Shown in pieces: positions 43,167 to 54,342 of a DNA stretch of 64,000 bases. The notes under the pieces are model-generated. The model saw only the letters and a list, made by a program, of their open reading frames with translations, had not been told where the DNA came from and did no database searches. Numbering within the stretch: the stretch's first letter is position 1; each line of letters starts with the position of its first letter. This stretch comes from Trypanosoma brucei. Its lineage: Eukaryota. The stretch spans positions 736,001-800,000 of the forward strand of contig CP000070.1 of NCBI GenBank assembly GCA_000002445.1, in the 5' to 3' direction. The translations under genes and the position numbers were made by a program.

Positions 43167-44456
43167 ATGGCAGAGGGAGTACCGGCACCTTCTTCGTCAT
43201 TTGCACAGAAAATGCATCAATTGTTGCAAATCCGTGCGGAGCGACAGCCTCTCGCTGAGGGTTACATGCGCTGTCCACTAAACCCTACACATCAAGTCCC
43301 CATCGCCGCCATAGTAACGCACCTCTCAAAGGCACACCAGCAGGACTCGCTTGACATTGCACCCGATGCGATGTATGGCGTGAACACGCGCTCCAGGCGC
43401 AGTGAATTCCTTAAAGAACAACTTCAGAGGATGCAACCTGTGGATGAAAGTGATCTTAGCGAGAGCGGTTATTCTAATCACCGAAGGAAAAGGTACCGGC
43501 GCAGTTCGAGTCAGTCCTACAGTTCTGACATGGGCTCATCTTCCTCCTGCTGCTCAAATGGAAGGAGCAACGTGTCGCGACAGTCGAACTCCTCTCGAAG
43601 TAGCGGGAAGCATCGCCACTATGAAGAAAGGCCGTACAATAATAGAAGGAGGGAGGAGCAGCCTACGCAACGGTCCTTCCATGGGAATAACACAACAAAC
43701 TGGCACGATCCGTCTAACGTTTTCAAGAGACTCTTGGGTCGTTACCCCTTTGGGGCTTCTATCAACAAACAGCGTCTTACAGAGTTTTTAATCTGTTTTG
43801 GCCCTTTGCAGTCGTTTAATTTTTTGGCGAATGGCACTGAATTTGTGGTGGAATTCGAAAGTTCGGTGGCCGCCTCTAAGTGCTTACAAGCCGCCACGCC
43901 TAACCTTTTGATTGACGATGTTTGTGTGAGAATGTACCCGGTACCGTTACCAAGCCCCGGAGTTGCACCCGAATTTTCTTACGGGGGTGCTGAAATAATG
44001 CGGACCCCTCCACCATGGCCTGATGATGCGGCGCCTCCAACTGTTGTCTCGTCACTTCCAGCGGCGCAGCAGAACCAACCGTGGCCGCCTACTGACATAA
44101 CACCTTCCGTTGCAGTTGGGGTTGGAGCTGGGAGCAAATCAGTTGGTGTCCCTGTGCTGAGTAATGTGGACGACCTTGTAGATGCTTTCACATCAGTCAG
44201 CAGCGCACGGATAACGTCTAACACGGCAATACTTTCGTGTGCTGTGAGGACGACGTGTGGGAAGAATGTCACCACAGAGGACATATGGAAAGAATTGTGG
44301 CACTTTGGTGAGATGAGAAACATTTTATTGGTGGGGCCGCGTGTTGTAGTGGAATTCTCGGATGGCAGGGGTGTGAGGAGGGCAACCCAGGCAATGGAGT
44401 TGGAGCCGGGTAAATTCAAGTTCTGCAGTTTATTGGGCGAGGGTGAAGGCCGGTAG
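43167..44456 (+). CDS. Hypothetical RS/Ser-rich protein with two degenerate RRM-like regions (putative RNA-binding protein)
   Basis: Central SR/RS- and S-rich low-complexity region (RRKRYRRSSSQSYSSDMGSSSSCCSNGRSNVSRQSNSSRSSGKHRHYEERPYNNRRREE). Followed by FVVEFESSVAASKCLQA and VVVEFSDGRGVRRATQAMELEP segments, which resemble RRM beta3-alpha2. Confidence 0.4.
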   Translation: MAEGVPAPSSSFAQKMHQLLQIRAERQPLAEGYMRCPLNPTHQVPIAAIVTHLSKAHQQDSLDIAPDAMYGVNTRSRRSEFLKEQLQRMQPVDESDLSESGYSNHRRKRYRRSSSQSYSSDMGSSSSCCSNGRSNVSRQSNSSRSSGKHRHYEERPYNNRRREEQPTQRSFHGNNTTNWHDPSNVFKRLLGRYPFGASINKQRLTEFLICFGPLQSFNFLANGTEFVVEFESSVAASKCLQAATPNLLIDDVCVRMYPVPLPSPGVAPEFSYGGAEIMRTPPPWPDDAAPPTVVSSLPAAQQNQPWPPTDITPSVAVGVGAGSKSVGVPVLSNVDDLVDAFTSVSSARITSNTAILSCAVRTTCGKNVTTEDIWKELWHFGEMRNILLVGPRVVVEFSDGRGVRRATQAMELEPGKFKFCSLLGEGEGR

Positions 44457-45167
44457 GTTTTGCAGGGGCGCGTGCGTTCCGCACTCATTCGGGCGATGCC
44501 CAGTGCGGCACTAATCCCTGTGACGGTGGTCCTCTCAGTAATCACGTTCGCCGAAGCAACGAAGCACGAAAGGCTTTTGTGTGTTGGAGGGCCAAGTTAA
44601 CCTAATGGAAATAATGCGCGTACATCTTATGGTCGACGACGTGTAACTTTTTCGCCAAACCTGCGGACGTGCGGAAGAAGTCGCACACTCCAGCTTAATA
44701 AATGGGGGCAAGGGGATGGGATGAAGATTTTTTTAAAAAAAGAAATGAGCACGGCACGTATACCGTTCCCTCTTTTTTCGTTATTGCCTTCTGTTTTCTC
44801 TTTTCTGCTACACGAAGAGGAGGGAAATGATCTAAGTCGGATGGCACATTAATCTCTTCTATTTATTTCAAGCTTTCTTTTATTTCGCTGCCCCTCTTAA
44901 CGTAACTGTAGGGTTTGGGAAGGCTCTTTCCCGTGGTAGTGGCGGGGGCGAAGTGAACAGCGAAAAAAAAAAGAGGGAAGTGTTACAAGTGAATCAAAGG
45001 GCCAGGTAAAGGGCCCCGCAGGTGACAAAATAGTCACTGTATTTAGGAAGTGCGTCTGCGTTTTTGTTCAAGGTATTCTAAAGCATACATATATATATAT
45101 ATATATTACTAACTCTTTGATTCCTTTCCATTTTCCGGATAGCAATTGCCACATACGCTGAGTCTCG

Positions 45168-48100
45168 ATGTGGAATGAAGTTAGCGCTAGTGAAGTCGAA
45201 GCCCTTCTAGGCGAGTTGAGGGACATTGTCAGCGACCCCGTGGTTATGTCTGTCACAAAAAGTGGAGAGGACAAGCAGCTAATCTCAGAAGAAAAGACGA
45301 AACCCAAAGCCGTGGGGCGTGTGGGTTTCTCAACGTACGCCAGTGTTACGGAGAGTAGACGAACAGTTGTTCCTCTTTATGAGCGACTTCCACCCATCAC
45401 CCCGCCTGTTGTCTGCAGCATACGGGATGAATTAACCATGTCTGGCGCAGACACGTTGCGTAAAGGGTTTCTGCTACTGCCTAACCTCACTGGGGATGGT
45501 GAGGGCATGCCCCAACGGCCGATGTCGCCCAACGAAGTGCGAAGGCTTTTGTGTTGTGCGGAGAGTTCTGCACGAGGCGGTGCAGCGAATAATTCTGCAA
45601 CCTCACCGACTGCGGGGGAGGGGGGTGACGTTAAGGATAGTTACAGGGAACCCAACTTTTTGCCCATCATGTGTGCGAGACATATTTGTCCTGGAGGTAT
45701 TGTACCCCGGGCGCGTTGGGGCCATACTTTAACGGCTGTGCAAGGACACAAGCTCGTGCTATTTGGTGGAATGGACTTAAAGGAAGGTGATACGTCGGAC
45801 CTTTTTGAATATGACGCTCATCACGTCGTGTGGGACCCCGTGTTTGTTGCTGATGGTGTAGGTCCGGCACCCCGTACAAATCATGCTGCGTGTGCCGCTG
45901 AGGACCGCTGGCTGTACGTTAGTGGGGGGACAACTGCCCGTGGAACAATTATCCTCGGTGACATTTATCGCTTTGATACATGGACTCATGAGTGGAAATG
46001 CCTGTGGGAGTACAGAGGCATCGGCACCAGTGCCAGCAATAGCACAAGCAAGAATGAACCCACACCTCGTTTTGGACATTCAATGTTACATCGTGACGGC
46101 CGGTTGTACATTTTCGGTGGACGAGCACTCAAGCGCAATCAGAGTGGGTCACGGGGCGATGCCGTCACGTGCATGGCCTCCACTGATGTTTACGTTTTTT
46201 CGTTGACCAGTGGTAAATGGAAGAAACGCATTCAAGCTGGGAAGGAAAACACAGTGAGTGATGAGGCCAAAGCACCGGGGAGTGCGGGGCCATGTGCCTC
46301 AGAAAGGCAGGAAAGTGAGAATGCCGTTGAACTACCGCCTACGCGCCCCACTGTGCGGTTCCATCATGCGGCGTGTATTATGGATTCCACTATGTTTATT
46401 AACGGAGGTGTTGACGGTGACAGTGTTACATTAGCTGACACATGGGCACTCAATCTCAAGGAAGGGCGATGGATAAGATTGCACGATGGAAGTACAGCGG
46501 ATGCTCATCCACGAGAAAAGCATCATTTATTTGCCTGCGGCGGTTGCTTGCTTGCGGTTGGGGGTTGCAGCGCTAGCGACCGCCGTAGCTTAGTCTCTAG
46601 AAGATGCCGAAACTTTGTTGCGGTACTGGCTCTTGAAAGTGAAAACAAGTTGGGTTCTGTCTCATGGTTCCCACTGGCAATGGGGAACGCGGCGGCAGTG
46701 GTTCCAAACAGAAAATCGTTTGGTGCGGCCTTCAGTGGGGGGTTTGTGCACGTGTTTGGTGGCATCTGCGGATGCGAACCGCCCTCCAATACGATGGTAC
46801 GTTTTCTTGCGGCAGATGGTTACTTTGCGACAGACTCTACAATGGTTCCCTCTTCCTCTGCAGGCAACAAAGAAGGCGCTATTTCCATGATGCGTTCTGT
46901 GCGAGAGAGTGGCGACTTTGTCACGTATGACGCGTATATCCTTCCACGCAGCTGGGATGGTGATGTAGAAGTTGACACTGTGGCCAACAAGCCATTTGGC
47001 GTGCATCGTGCTTTGGTGCAGCAACGGGCTCCAAAGTTTTGGGAGGATGTTCTGCGCTGCCGGACAAGCGTTGCGAAGTCTATCATCTCCCCAATTGCAG
47101 ATGCGTCGTCCCAACTGGTTAATTTTGCATGCAACCCTGGGTTAGCGGAGAGCGGTAACGCCGATAATCCCACTGTGGGCTCTTGTAATCGCGCCGGTTG
47201 TGATGAGGAGCCCAATCAGGCGCATGTCACTGCGTATTACACGGAAGGGAATTCCCGTGTCCAGGGCCTATCAGTCTCTCTCACGGCAAACCAGTTGCAG
47301 TGTTTACTAGATTATATCTATTGGGGGGACATGCACCTCAGTATGCTCGCAGAACTGGATGACGATAACGTGTCTAATAGGGGGAGGGAGGACCTACAGA
47401 AAACCGCAGCTCAGGAAGAAGTCCGAACGGTACAGTCACTTATGCGCGCGGCGGAAGTCTATGAGTTACCCCTTCTCCATGCGCTCTGCAATGCACTCTC
47501 CTCGGGTAACATCAAGGAGCTAAGAGAAGCAAGGGAGAGATGCGGCGAGCAACTTCAGGAGGATCTGTTGCATTTGTTGGAAACCTCCCGTGGGGCTACT
47601 GCAACAGTTCTCTTTGTTGACCCACACACAAAACAGCAGGTATCGTGTTCTCTTCATCCGTTCATTCTGACTGCCTCCAACTCCTTCTTCAAGGACTTAC
47701 TTCGGCCTTTACTCACCGGTGAAAAGATGGCCTTCCAAATGGGATCCGTTTCCGCCAAACTGTGCGCGGCAGGACGGTACGCAGCCTCCAAGTCACGCCG
47801 TGGGATAGTTGTTGGGCCCGTGCCGATGCCATACTTGGCCGTGCAGCCAGTGCTCTGCTTCTTGTACACACGTCAATTGCAAATTCCGCGTGAGTCAGTC
47901 TTTGCCACGATGCTGGGATCTCGTCTTCTGGATGTGGCGCCCCTACAGGCATATTGCGAAACCATTCTTGCGCGGGAGGAGGTGAACTACGACACCGCAT
48001 TACACTTTTTCTCACTGGCGGGGAGGTATCAGGCTCCACTTTTGCAGGAGATCGCCCTACTGACGGCAGTGATGGGCTATGGGGTGATTCGACCCACCAT

Positions 48101-48254
48101 GAGAACGGTTGATTTGTCTGAGGAGGAGGTGAAGGAAATCGCTGCTGTTGCGGAGGAATTGGGAACCGACACGTGGGTACCTCCCCCACAGACATCTACT
48201 GTCGCGAAGACACGTGAGGAGTACCAAGCCCGGTGGGATGCGTCACTGCCGTAA
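45168..48254 (+). CDS. Kelch-repeat + tandem BTB/POZ protein (LZTR1-like architecture)
   Basis: N-terminal Kelch/beta-propeller blades (RARWGHTLTAVQGHKLVLFGGMD; PRTNHAACAAEDRWLYVSGG; PRFGHSMLHRDGRLYIFGG; RFHHAACIMDSTMFINGG; REKHHLFACGGCLLAVGG). Two BTB-like regions (DAYILPRSWDGDVEVDTVANKPFGVHRALVQQRAPKFWEDVL and TVLFVDPHTKQQVSCSLHPFILTASNSFFKDLL). Confidence 0.65.
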   Translation: MWNEVSASEVEALLGELRDIVSDPVVMSVTKSGEDKQLISEEKTKPKAVGRVGFSTYASVTESRRTVVPLYERLPPITPPVVCSIRDELTMSGADTLRKGFLLLPNLTGDGEGMPQRPMSPNEVRRLLCCAESSARGGAANNSATSPTAGEGGDVKDSYREPNFLPIMCARHICPGGIVPRARWGHTLTAVQGHKLVLFGGMDLKEGDTSDLFEYDAHHVVWDPVFVADGVGPAPRTNHAACAAEDRWLYVSGGTTARGTIILGDIYRFDTWTHEWKCLWEYRGIGTSASNSTSKNEPTPRFGHSMLHRDGRLYIFGGRALKRNQSGSRGDAVTCMASTDVYVFSLTSGKWKKRIQAGKENTVSDEAKAPGSAGPCASERQESENAVELPPTRPTVRFHHAACIMDSTMFINGGVDGDSVTLADTWALNLKEGRWIRLHDGSTADAHPREKHHLFACGGCLLAVGGCSASDRRSLVSRRCRNFVAVLALESENKLGSVSWFPLAMGNAAAVVPNRKSFGAAFSGGFVHVFGGICGCEPPSNTMVRFLAADGYFATDSTMVPSSSAGNKEGAISMMRSVRESGDFVTYDAYILPRSWDGDVEVDTVANKPFGVHRALVQQRAPKFWEDVLRCRTSVAKSIISPIADASSQLVNFACNPGLAESGNADNPTVGSCNRAGCDEEPNQAHVTAYYTEGNSRVQGLSVSLTANQLQCLLDYIYWGDMHLSMLAELDDDNVSNRGREDLQKTAAQEEVRTVQSLMRAAEVYELPLLHALCNALSSGNIKELREARERCGEQLQEDLLHLLETSRGATATVLFVDPHTKQQVSCSLHPFILTASNSFFKDLLRPLLTGEKMAFQMGSVSAKLCAAGRYAASKSRRGIVVGPVPMPYLAVQPVLCFLYTRQLQIPRESVFATMLGSRLLDVAPLQAYCETILAREEVNYDTALHFFSLAGRYQAPLLQEIALLTAVMGYGVIRPTMRTVDLSEEEVKEIAAVAEELGTDTWVPPPQTSTVAKTREEYQARWDASLP

Positions 48255-48844
48255 GGTGTGAGTTGTAATCCCCCCTTTTTTCGTTGTGCAACCATGGATG
48301 CAAGAAGTATTACCCGTTCCTCAGCACCTACAGTTCTACGTACTGTCCTTCACGCAATATTGTGTGATGCCTTCTTTTCTTGTGAAGGGATCGCACTTTA
48401 TTGGTTGGTCTCTCTGAGAGTTGAAATAAAGCAGTTGTTTTGTTGGAGGCTGAAGAGGGAATGCTGGGATTCATCTTTCCTCCCTTGTTACGCGTTGTTC
48501 CTTTATTGTTGTACACTTCTCTGGCGTCATCCTGTACATAATGCAGACAATGTATCTGTGAGTGACTTTCGGCCCTTCCTACCCTTTCTTATCCGTTGCT
48601 TTCAACGGTGTATCGCAGCGTGCGTTTTACATCTCTCTTTTATTCATCGGTTTTTTGTTTGTTTTCTTTTCCGGTCTTTCCACCCTTTTCATCCCCCTCC
48701 ATCGAGTTGTGAACGTGCCCAGATGCGGGGAAGTGTTTTCCGTAGCCAATGGAATGATGGAAACCGTGTCTGAGTACATGTCGCTTGTAGTGCAGTGGCT
48801 AAGGCGGAGCACCGTGTAAGTAATTCCTTGGCTCCCTCTTCGGG

Positions 48845-48846
<2 letters not shown>

Positions 48847-48877
<31 letters not shown>
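48847..48877. repeat. (TA)15 microsatellite
   Basis: tatatatatatatatatatatatatatatat. Confidence 0.95.
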
Positions 48878-48880
<3 letters not shown>

Positions 48881-50189
48881 CACATGAATCATATCATATT
48901 TGCACAGTCTTACATGTTAATATATAGTACATGTCATTTCTTTGTGACGTGCACGCTTCAAATACGCTTGATGGACCTTGTGGGTAGTGGAGTTTTCTAA
49001 ATACACATCAAATGATTTTCAACGTTATTACATATTTTGTTGTTTCGGTTTGTTTTACTTTCCTTTTTTTAAAAAATCTCATACTTTAACCGGAACTTTA
49101 TTTACGAAGCAGTGGTTCTGGAACGCGCGGCAAAGTTAAGAGTGAGAAGTGAAGCGCTAGTATATGAATCGGAACGGAGAGAGACGACAGATACAGTTCA
49201 AAGTGAAGGAAATGTAAGTAGGGGGCAGGGAGAAAATTAAAGGAAGTGTGGTCTATTGATAACTGGGGACAAAAGGAAATCGAAAGAGCAAACGATGGGA
49301 AGCAGACAATAAGCGCGGGTACCTGCGTGCTATGAATGACTTGCTTCCCCCCAAAACGTACATATCCTGCTGTCATTTCACTGTCGGTGGGTACTTGGCG
49401 GCTTGACACCGAAAGATGTAAGTTTACCGAGTACGAGAGAAAGAAAGGTTGATTGGCGACAAGAGGATGTAAGAGGAATGGAGAGGAGGAGAAAAGTAGA
49501 GTAAGGGATAAGTGAGAGTGACGAAACCACGTTGAATGATGTCAATGAAGACAGATGTTATCCGCGCTTGTGTTATGAACACGACTGCCCGAAACCCTCG
49601 ATGTGTGTTTTATCCTTTTTTTCTTGTGCATGTATGCCTTGTTTCCCATTCATCCACTTAATAGGGTAAATTTGGCCGTTTATACTTAAAACTATCATTA
49701 AAGTCTGTCCATTTGTTCTCGATATGTTTGTCTATTCGTCACGTCTTTCGGTTACGGAGACCGTCATGTGGTTCTCCCTCAAGTTCCTGACCCCGTTCGC
49801 CACCACCGGCAATACCCCATTTCATACGTGTTGTCAAGACAAAATTCAGATGCTGAGAAATGAAAAAAAAATTCGTTACAGGCGTTTTAGTTTTGGACTC
49901 CTGCGGGTACAAATAGGAAAAAAAGTGAGGTTGAAAATGTCTTTCGGAGGAAAGGTCGTGTAACCGGCACTCCAGCGGCCAGTTTTTTCCCCCTCTTGTT
50001 CGTTTCCCCCCTCCATCCCCCAACATGTACCTGCCTTCATGTGGCATTGTTGTAGCCCTTTTCAATTTGTTCACTCCCCAGCGACGTTCTACATTTTTGT
50101 TTGAGGTCCTGCATCAACTACCCCTCATACATCTGTTCTCTTTTCTCATTGTGCGCATTTGTCTCCTCTGTTGAACTAAGTGCCCAGTT

Positions 50190-52016
50190 ATGACGGGGCC
50201 AACGCGTGCTCTGTTTCTGTCGAGCGGAATCAATTTGGGCCGACTCCGCCTGGCGGAGCAGTTCTCCTCCATGAATGGATGGCAGTCAAAAGAAGATCCC
50301 GCGTTTGACGCTTATGTCAAGGAGCGGAGGCGAAAGGAGAACTACGAGGCCTTTGACCAACGTGTCGAGCGGGGCTACGCCGCCGCCGCGAAGCTGCACA
50401 AAGCAGAGATTCAAAACGCCGTGAAGCGGCGACTGAAGTCGAGTGGAGCGAAGTTTACGGCAGAAACGCTACGTGAGATGAGTAGTGCCGTAACGGAGCG
50501 TCTGGCGTGGTTGCGTGACGTTTGGGCACAAATCGATTCTGATTATCGCAGTGGCGATTCAGCCCGTCAGGAGACGGCTGCACAGGAGATTTCTGCGGCG
50601 TTGCGCGGAGAACCAAACGATCACATGCGATGGGTGTACGAGACGAAGCGAGAATTGCGGTTTGCAGGACCCGTTGGTCGTCGTGCCATCCAAGAAGAAC
50701 TGCAGGCAGCTGAACTACCTGAAGTTTTGGACGAGGAGGTTAACCGCTACCACGATCTGAAACTCAACATGATGGAAATCGAACGTGAGGTGAAAGCCAA
50801 ATATGGTGTGGCTGGCCAGCAGCACTGGGCCGAACTGCAGGCAGCGAAGGATGAAGAGTACATACAGAAGCTAGATGAGGCCGCTGAGGTTTATAAGCAA
50901 CTTCTTGATCAAAGTGCTAGATTGGACGAGTCCCGCCGGTCGGAACTGCAACGGAGTTATGTAGAACGAGTTCACCAGGCACAAGTTCGTTTTAAGGCAG
51001 CCATGGAGCTTGAGGGTCAGCGTGAGCAACTCATTGAGGCTCACCAGGCAATGAAGGAAGAGAGAATGCGTACAGAGCGTGAAAAGAGACGGCAGCTGCT
51101 ACGTGAGGCAGCGGAACTTCGCGCACAAGGAAAGGAGAGCGCGGACGTTCTCACCGCACTGAAGGAACGACAACTCGATGCCAATGCAAAGCGGCAAGCT
51201 GAGTATGAACTGAAAGAATGTGAGGACATCCTCAAACGGAAGTCAGAGATGTTGGACATGATTGCTCACTTTAAGCATGATGTCGAGGAGCGGGAGGGAC
51301 GTGAAATGTTGCAGCGTCAGAAGAGTGATGAGGAGCGTCAGGTCAACGTTTTCGGCTTTTACGAGGAGGTGGGTGTCGAGGACGGACTTTCCATTAGCAG
51401 TGAAGGAACCACTTCCCAGGGTGTCTCCTCTGGCCTTGGCACTGTATCAACTTCTACCTCGTGTGCTAAGAGTGCTGATAGTAACAGCAGCGCACAACCA
51501 TCGCAAAAATTACGGAAGGAAGAACTGTGGAAGGCAATCAACGCCGACACGTACGAGGACCCGTTCCGCACTGTTCACCAGGCTCGTTTAGATGCCGTGA
51601 AAACTTATGATCCCGCGTATGCCCGAACCTTCCCGCTGAACCTTGTCCTCGGTCGCAAGTATTCTAGGCAGGGTGCTGGTGAAATGGCTGCGGGTAATGA
51701 GACAGACAAACAGATTCTGCAGAAAGGAAATAACATTCTCTACAGTTTCCAATGGGGTCTCAACAACGGCACTGTGCACGACCTCGATGCTGACGGAAGC
51801 ACGGATTACTTCATGGATGGCGCATTTCATGTGCGTGATAAAGAAACTGGCGATATTGACTGGCGCTACGAGAAGAAGAGGGGTGGTCCCGTGTTTAGAG
51901 GACCTAAATTTTATCGGCTTGGTGCACAGCGTGAGGCGGCAGACCCGGGTGAGCGGGCCATGGATCCCACTCCATACACTTCTACACCACGGGAACATAA
52001 GTGGCGTAGCAGCTAA
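50190..52016 (+). CDS. Coiled-coil hypothetical protein (608 aa)
   Basis: Long ORF. The central ~300 aa are E/R/K/Q/L-rich with a heptad character (EIEREVKAKYGVAGQQHWAELQAAKDEEYIQKLDEAAEVYKQLL...). No enzymatic motif recognised. Confidence 0.55.
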   Translation: MTGPTRALFLSSGINLGRLRLAEQFSSMNGWQSKEDPAFDAYVKERRRKENYEAFDQRVERGYAAAAKLHKAEIQNAVKRRLKSSGAKFTAETLREMSSAVTERLAWLRDVWAQIDSDYRSGDSARQETAAQEISAALRGEPNDHMRWVYETKRELRFAGPVGRRAIQEELQAAELPEVLDEEVNRYHDLKLNMMEIEREVKAKYGVAGQQHWAELQAAKDEEYIQKLDEAAEVYKQLLDQSARLDESRRSELQRSYVERVHQAQVRFKAAMELEGQREQLIEAHQAMKEERMRTEREKRRQLLREAAELRAQGKESADVLTALKERQLDANAKRQAEYELKECEDILKRKSEMLDMIAHFKHDVEEREGREMLQRQKSDEERQVNVFGFYEEVGVEDGLSISSEGTTSQGVSSGLGTVSTSTSCAKSADSNSSAQPSQKLRKEELWKAINADTYEDPFRTVHQARLDAVKTYDPAYARTFPLNLVLGRKYSRQGAGEMAAGNETDKQILQKGNNILYSFQWGLNNGTVHDLDADGSTDYFMDGAFHVRDKETGDIDWRYEKKRGGPVFRGPKFYRLGAQREAADPGERAMDPTPYTSTPREHKWRSS

Positions 52017-52737
52017 ATGGAGGGGGAATACATGGATGCAACGAAGGAGGAAAACGACTGGCTACGGTGGTTAGGACGTTACGTTGGCACACTCTCTATG
52101 GTTGGCGGCCACAGAGGGAACACCTCCTGTTGTTGGTTTCTAGCTATCACTTTAGCGTAGTGACGGGGAATTGTTTTGCATGTGGTTTCACGTTGTTTAT
52201 GAGTGGAAGTAGTGGAGGGGGAGGGGCGCACTAGCAGGGTTGCCTCATCCTTCCTTCACAAACAAAGAATTCTTGCGTTGGTGCTGATTTTCATCAGGAG
52301 CAGCGTACTCCCCTCTGTATGTGTCCTCCCTTTCTCACAGAGCTCTCTTGTTTGCCTTTTCTGTTCGTTTTCCTACATCAGTAGAGTATTAGGGACGCCA
52401 CACCGCTTCGCCTCCGCTCTCACTGGTCGTACTAGAAGCAAAGCTCATCGTTTAATAACCTCATACAATTCTCCCCTGAAACCCGAGACAACTCCGGAAA
52501 CACAAAGGGGGAAGAGCAGCCCATACATTGTTCTCTACAATTTCAGACAACGTGGCTCGGAGTGGTGATAGCCTAGGTGGTGTCAGCCGCTGCGCCGCTG
52601 CCCCATAACAACGCGGGAGGAAAAGAAAAGCTAACGTGTATACAAAAAGCAAGTAACCGTCTGTGGGAAATTTTCCATATATACATTTGCTTTCAGCTAA
52701 GCATAGGAGCAGTTTCTTGCTGTTTCGCTGCGCCACA

Positions 52738-54342
52738 ATGGCGAAGCGCCGTGAAGTTGCCGATGATAGCGATGTATACGTGTTGGAGTTTCAAAAGAAC
52801 TACTCTGACACTACCCGACAATCCCTGATTGTTTCAGACGAAGTGCCTGACAGCACTTTACTATGGCGCAATATGGTGATGTTCACACTTCTCAAAATCA
52901 TTGGTTCGTACGATTCAGGGGCCTTCAGTGCTGCTGTTGGAGCTGAAAATGGCATTGCTGATGAATGGGGTCTCACGAATTTGGAGCAAGGAGCGCTTAG
53001 CGCAAGCGTATTTTTGGGATGTATGGTTGGCTGCCCGCTGGCGGGTCATCTCTTTTCTCAGTACAGCGCAAAAATCGTACTAATTCGAGTGCTCGTCCTT
53101 CACATATTTTTTACCTTCTGCTTCGCGACTGTTACGGTGTATGTCATCTCCATGGTGTCGCGGTTTCTCATAGGTGTAACGTTATCGTTCATTTTCGTAT
53201 ATGTTCCCGTATGGGTTGATGACTTCGCCCCGCGCGACCGGCAGTCCGTTTGGATGGCGTTGCACAATGCAGGAGTACCCGTGGGTGTTCTTGGCGGATA
53301 TCTGTGCGGTGCCATCCTTCCTTCATACACACGGATAAGCTGGGAGTGGGCTTTTTACTCCAAGTGCATCTTTACCGTTCCGGTGATTGTATATTTCTTA
53401 CGTGTCGATCACCGATCTGTTGACAGAAACAGCAGCAGGAAGAGTAACGTTCAAGGATCGCTAGGCATCGGGCACGGAGGGAACGGTTTGCCAACCAACG
53501 GTACAGAATCGGCAGTGAGACGGGGAAACGAAAATGTGTTTGACAGGTCAAGCGGGGCCAGAAATCTCGTTAGTTCGGCATGTGATGCCGTACTGCATAT
53601 ATGGAAGACCGCAGCTGTGCTCCTTGGTAACATTGAGTACACTTGCAGCGTACTTGCTATGTGCTCCCTCTACTTTGTTGTATCGGGTTTACAAAACTTC
53701 ATGACACAGTACCTTCACGCGGAGCCTTTCAATGCTTCCATGAAAACCATCATGGTTGGCTTCGGTACGGCGATTGTGGCATCTCCCATCGGCGGTGTGA
53801 TCACCGGCGGTGTGCTTCTCGATCGACTTGGGGGTTACCAACAAAACACGCGGCGGGTTATGATATTCACCACCGCATGGGGTGCCGGGGCCGCTTTTTT
53901 CAGTGTCTTATGTATTTTCGCTGGAAGCACCAGCGCACTTCTTGTGCTCATGTCGCTGATGCTTTTCTGCGGTGGGGCAGTTGTGCCATCTGGAAGCGGC
54001 CGAGTGATGGCTTCCCTTCCCGATACCCAACGACCCGCAGGTGCCGCGCTTGCACAGATGGTGTACAACTTAGTTGGGAACTTCAGCGGCCCACTGGTGT
54101 GTGGTTCCATCGCACAGTGGATGGGCGACCTGAAGTATGGCATCCGCGCCGTGTTCTGCTGCAGCGTCATAGGGCTCGTTCCCATGGTGATACTCCTATT
54201 CGCAGCTGACAGGCACCCCAGCGGTGTATGTGCTATGTCAAGTTGCGGCCCCGTTAGCACTGTGGTGGAGGAGCGGTTGGAGGTAAAAAGCAGTGGCGTT
54301 GTTGTAGAAAATGGGAATGATGACACTGTGGATGCCAAGTAG
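52738..54342 (+). CDS. Major facilitator superfamily (MFS) transporter
   Basis: ~12 predicted TM helices. MFS-like loop motif between TM2 and TM3 (GCPLAGHLFSQYSAKIVL). Central hydrophilic loop (VDHRSVDRNSSRKSNVQGS...) separating two six-helix halves. Start chosen at MAKRREV; the ORF is open from 52663. Confidence 0.65.
   Translation: MAKRREVADDSDVYVLEFQKNYSDTTRQSLIVSDEVPDSTLLWRNMVMFTLLKIIGSYDSGAFSAAVGAENGIADEWGLTNLEQGALSASVFLGCMVGCPLAGHLFSQYSAKIVLIRVLVLHIFFTFCFATVTVYVISMVSRFLIGVTLSFIFVYVPVWVDDFAPRDRQSVWMALHNAGVPVGVLGGYLCGAILPSYTRISWEWAFYSKCIFTVPVIVYFLRVDHRSVDRNSSRKSNVQGSLGIGHGGNGLPTNGTESAVRRGNENVFDRSSGARNLVSSACDAVLHIWKTAAVLLGNIEYTCSVLAMCSLYFVVSGLQNFMTQYLHAEPFNASMKTIMVGFGTAIVASPIGGVITGGVLLDRLGGYQQNTRRVMIFTTAWGAGAAFFSVLCIFAGSTSALLVLMSLMLFCGGAVVPSGSGRVMASLPDTQRPAGAALAQMVYNLVGNFSGPLVCGSIAQWMGDLKYGIRAVFCCSVIGLVPMVILLFAADRHPSGVCAMSSCGPVSTVVEERLEVKSSGVVVENGNDDTVDAK

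Noticed and set aside
48258-48773. 171-aa ORF immediately after the Kelch-BTB gene stop
   Set aside because: It begins 4 nt after the upstream stop, is Cys/Phe/Leu-rich with low complexity, and lies where the 3' UTR is expected.
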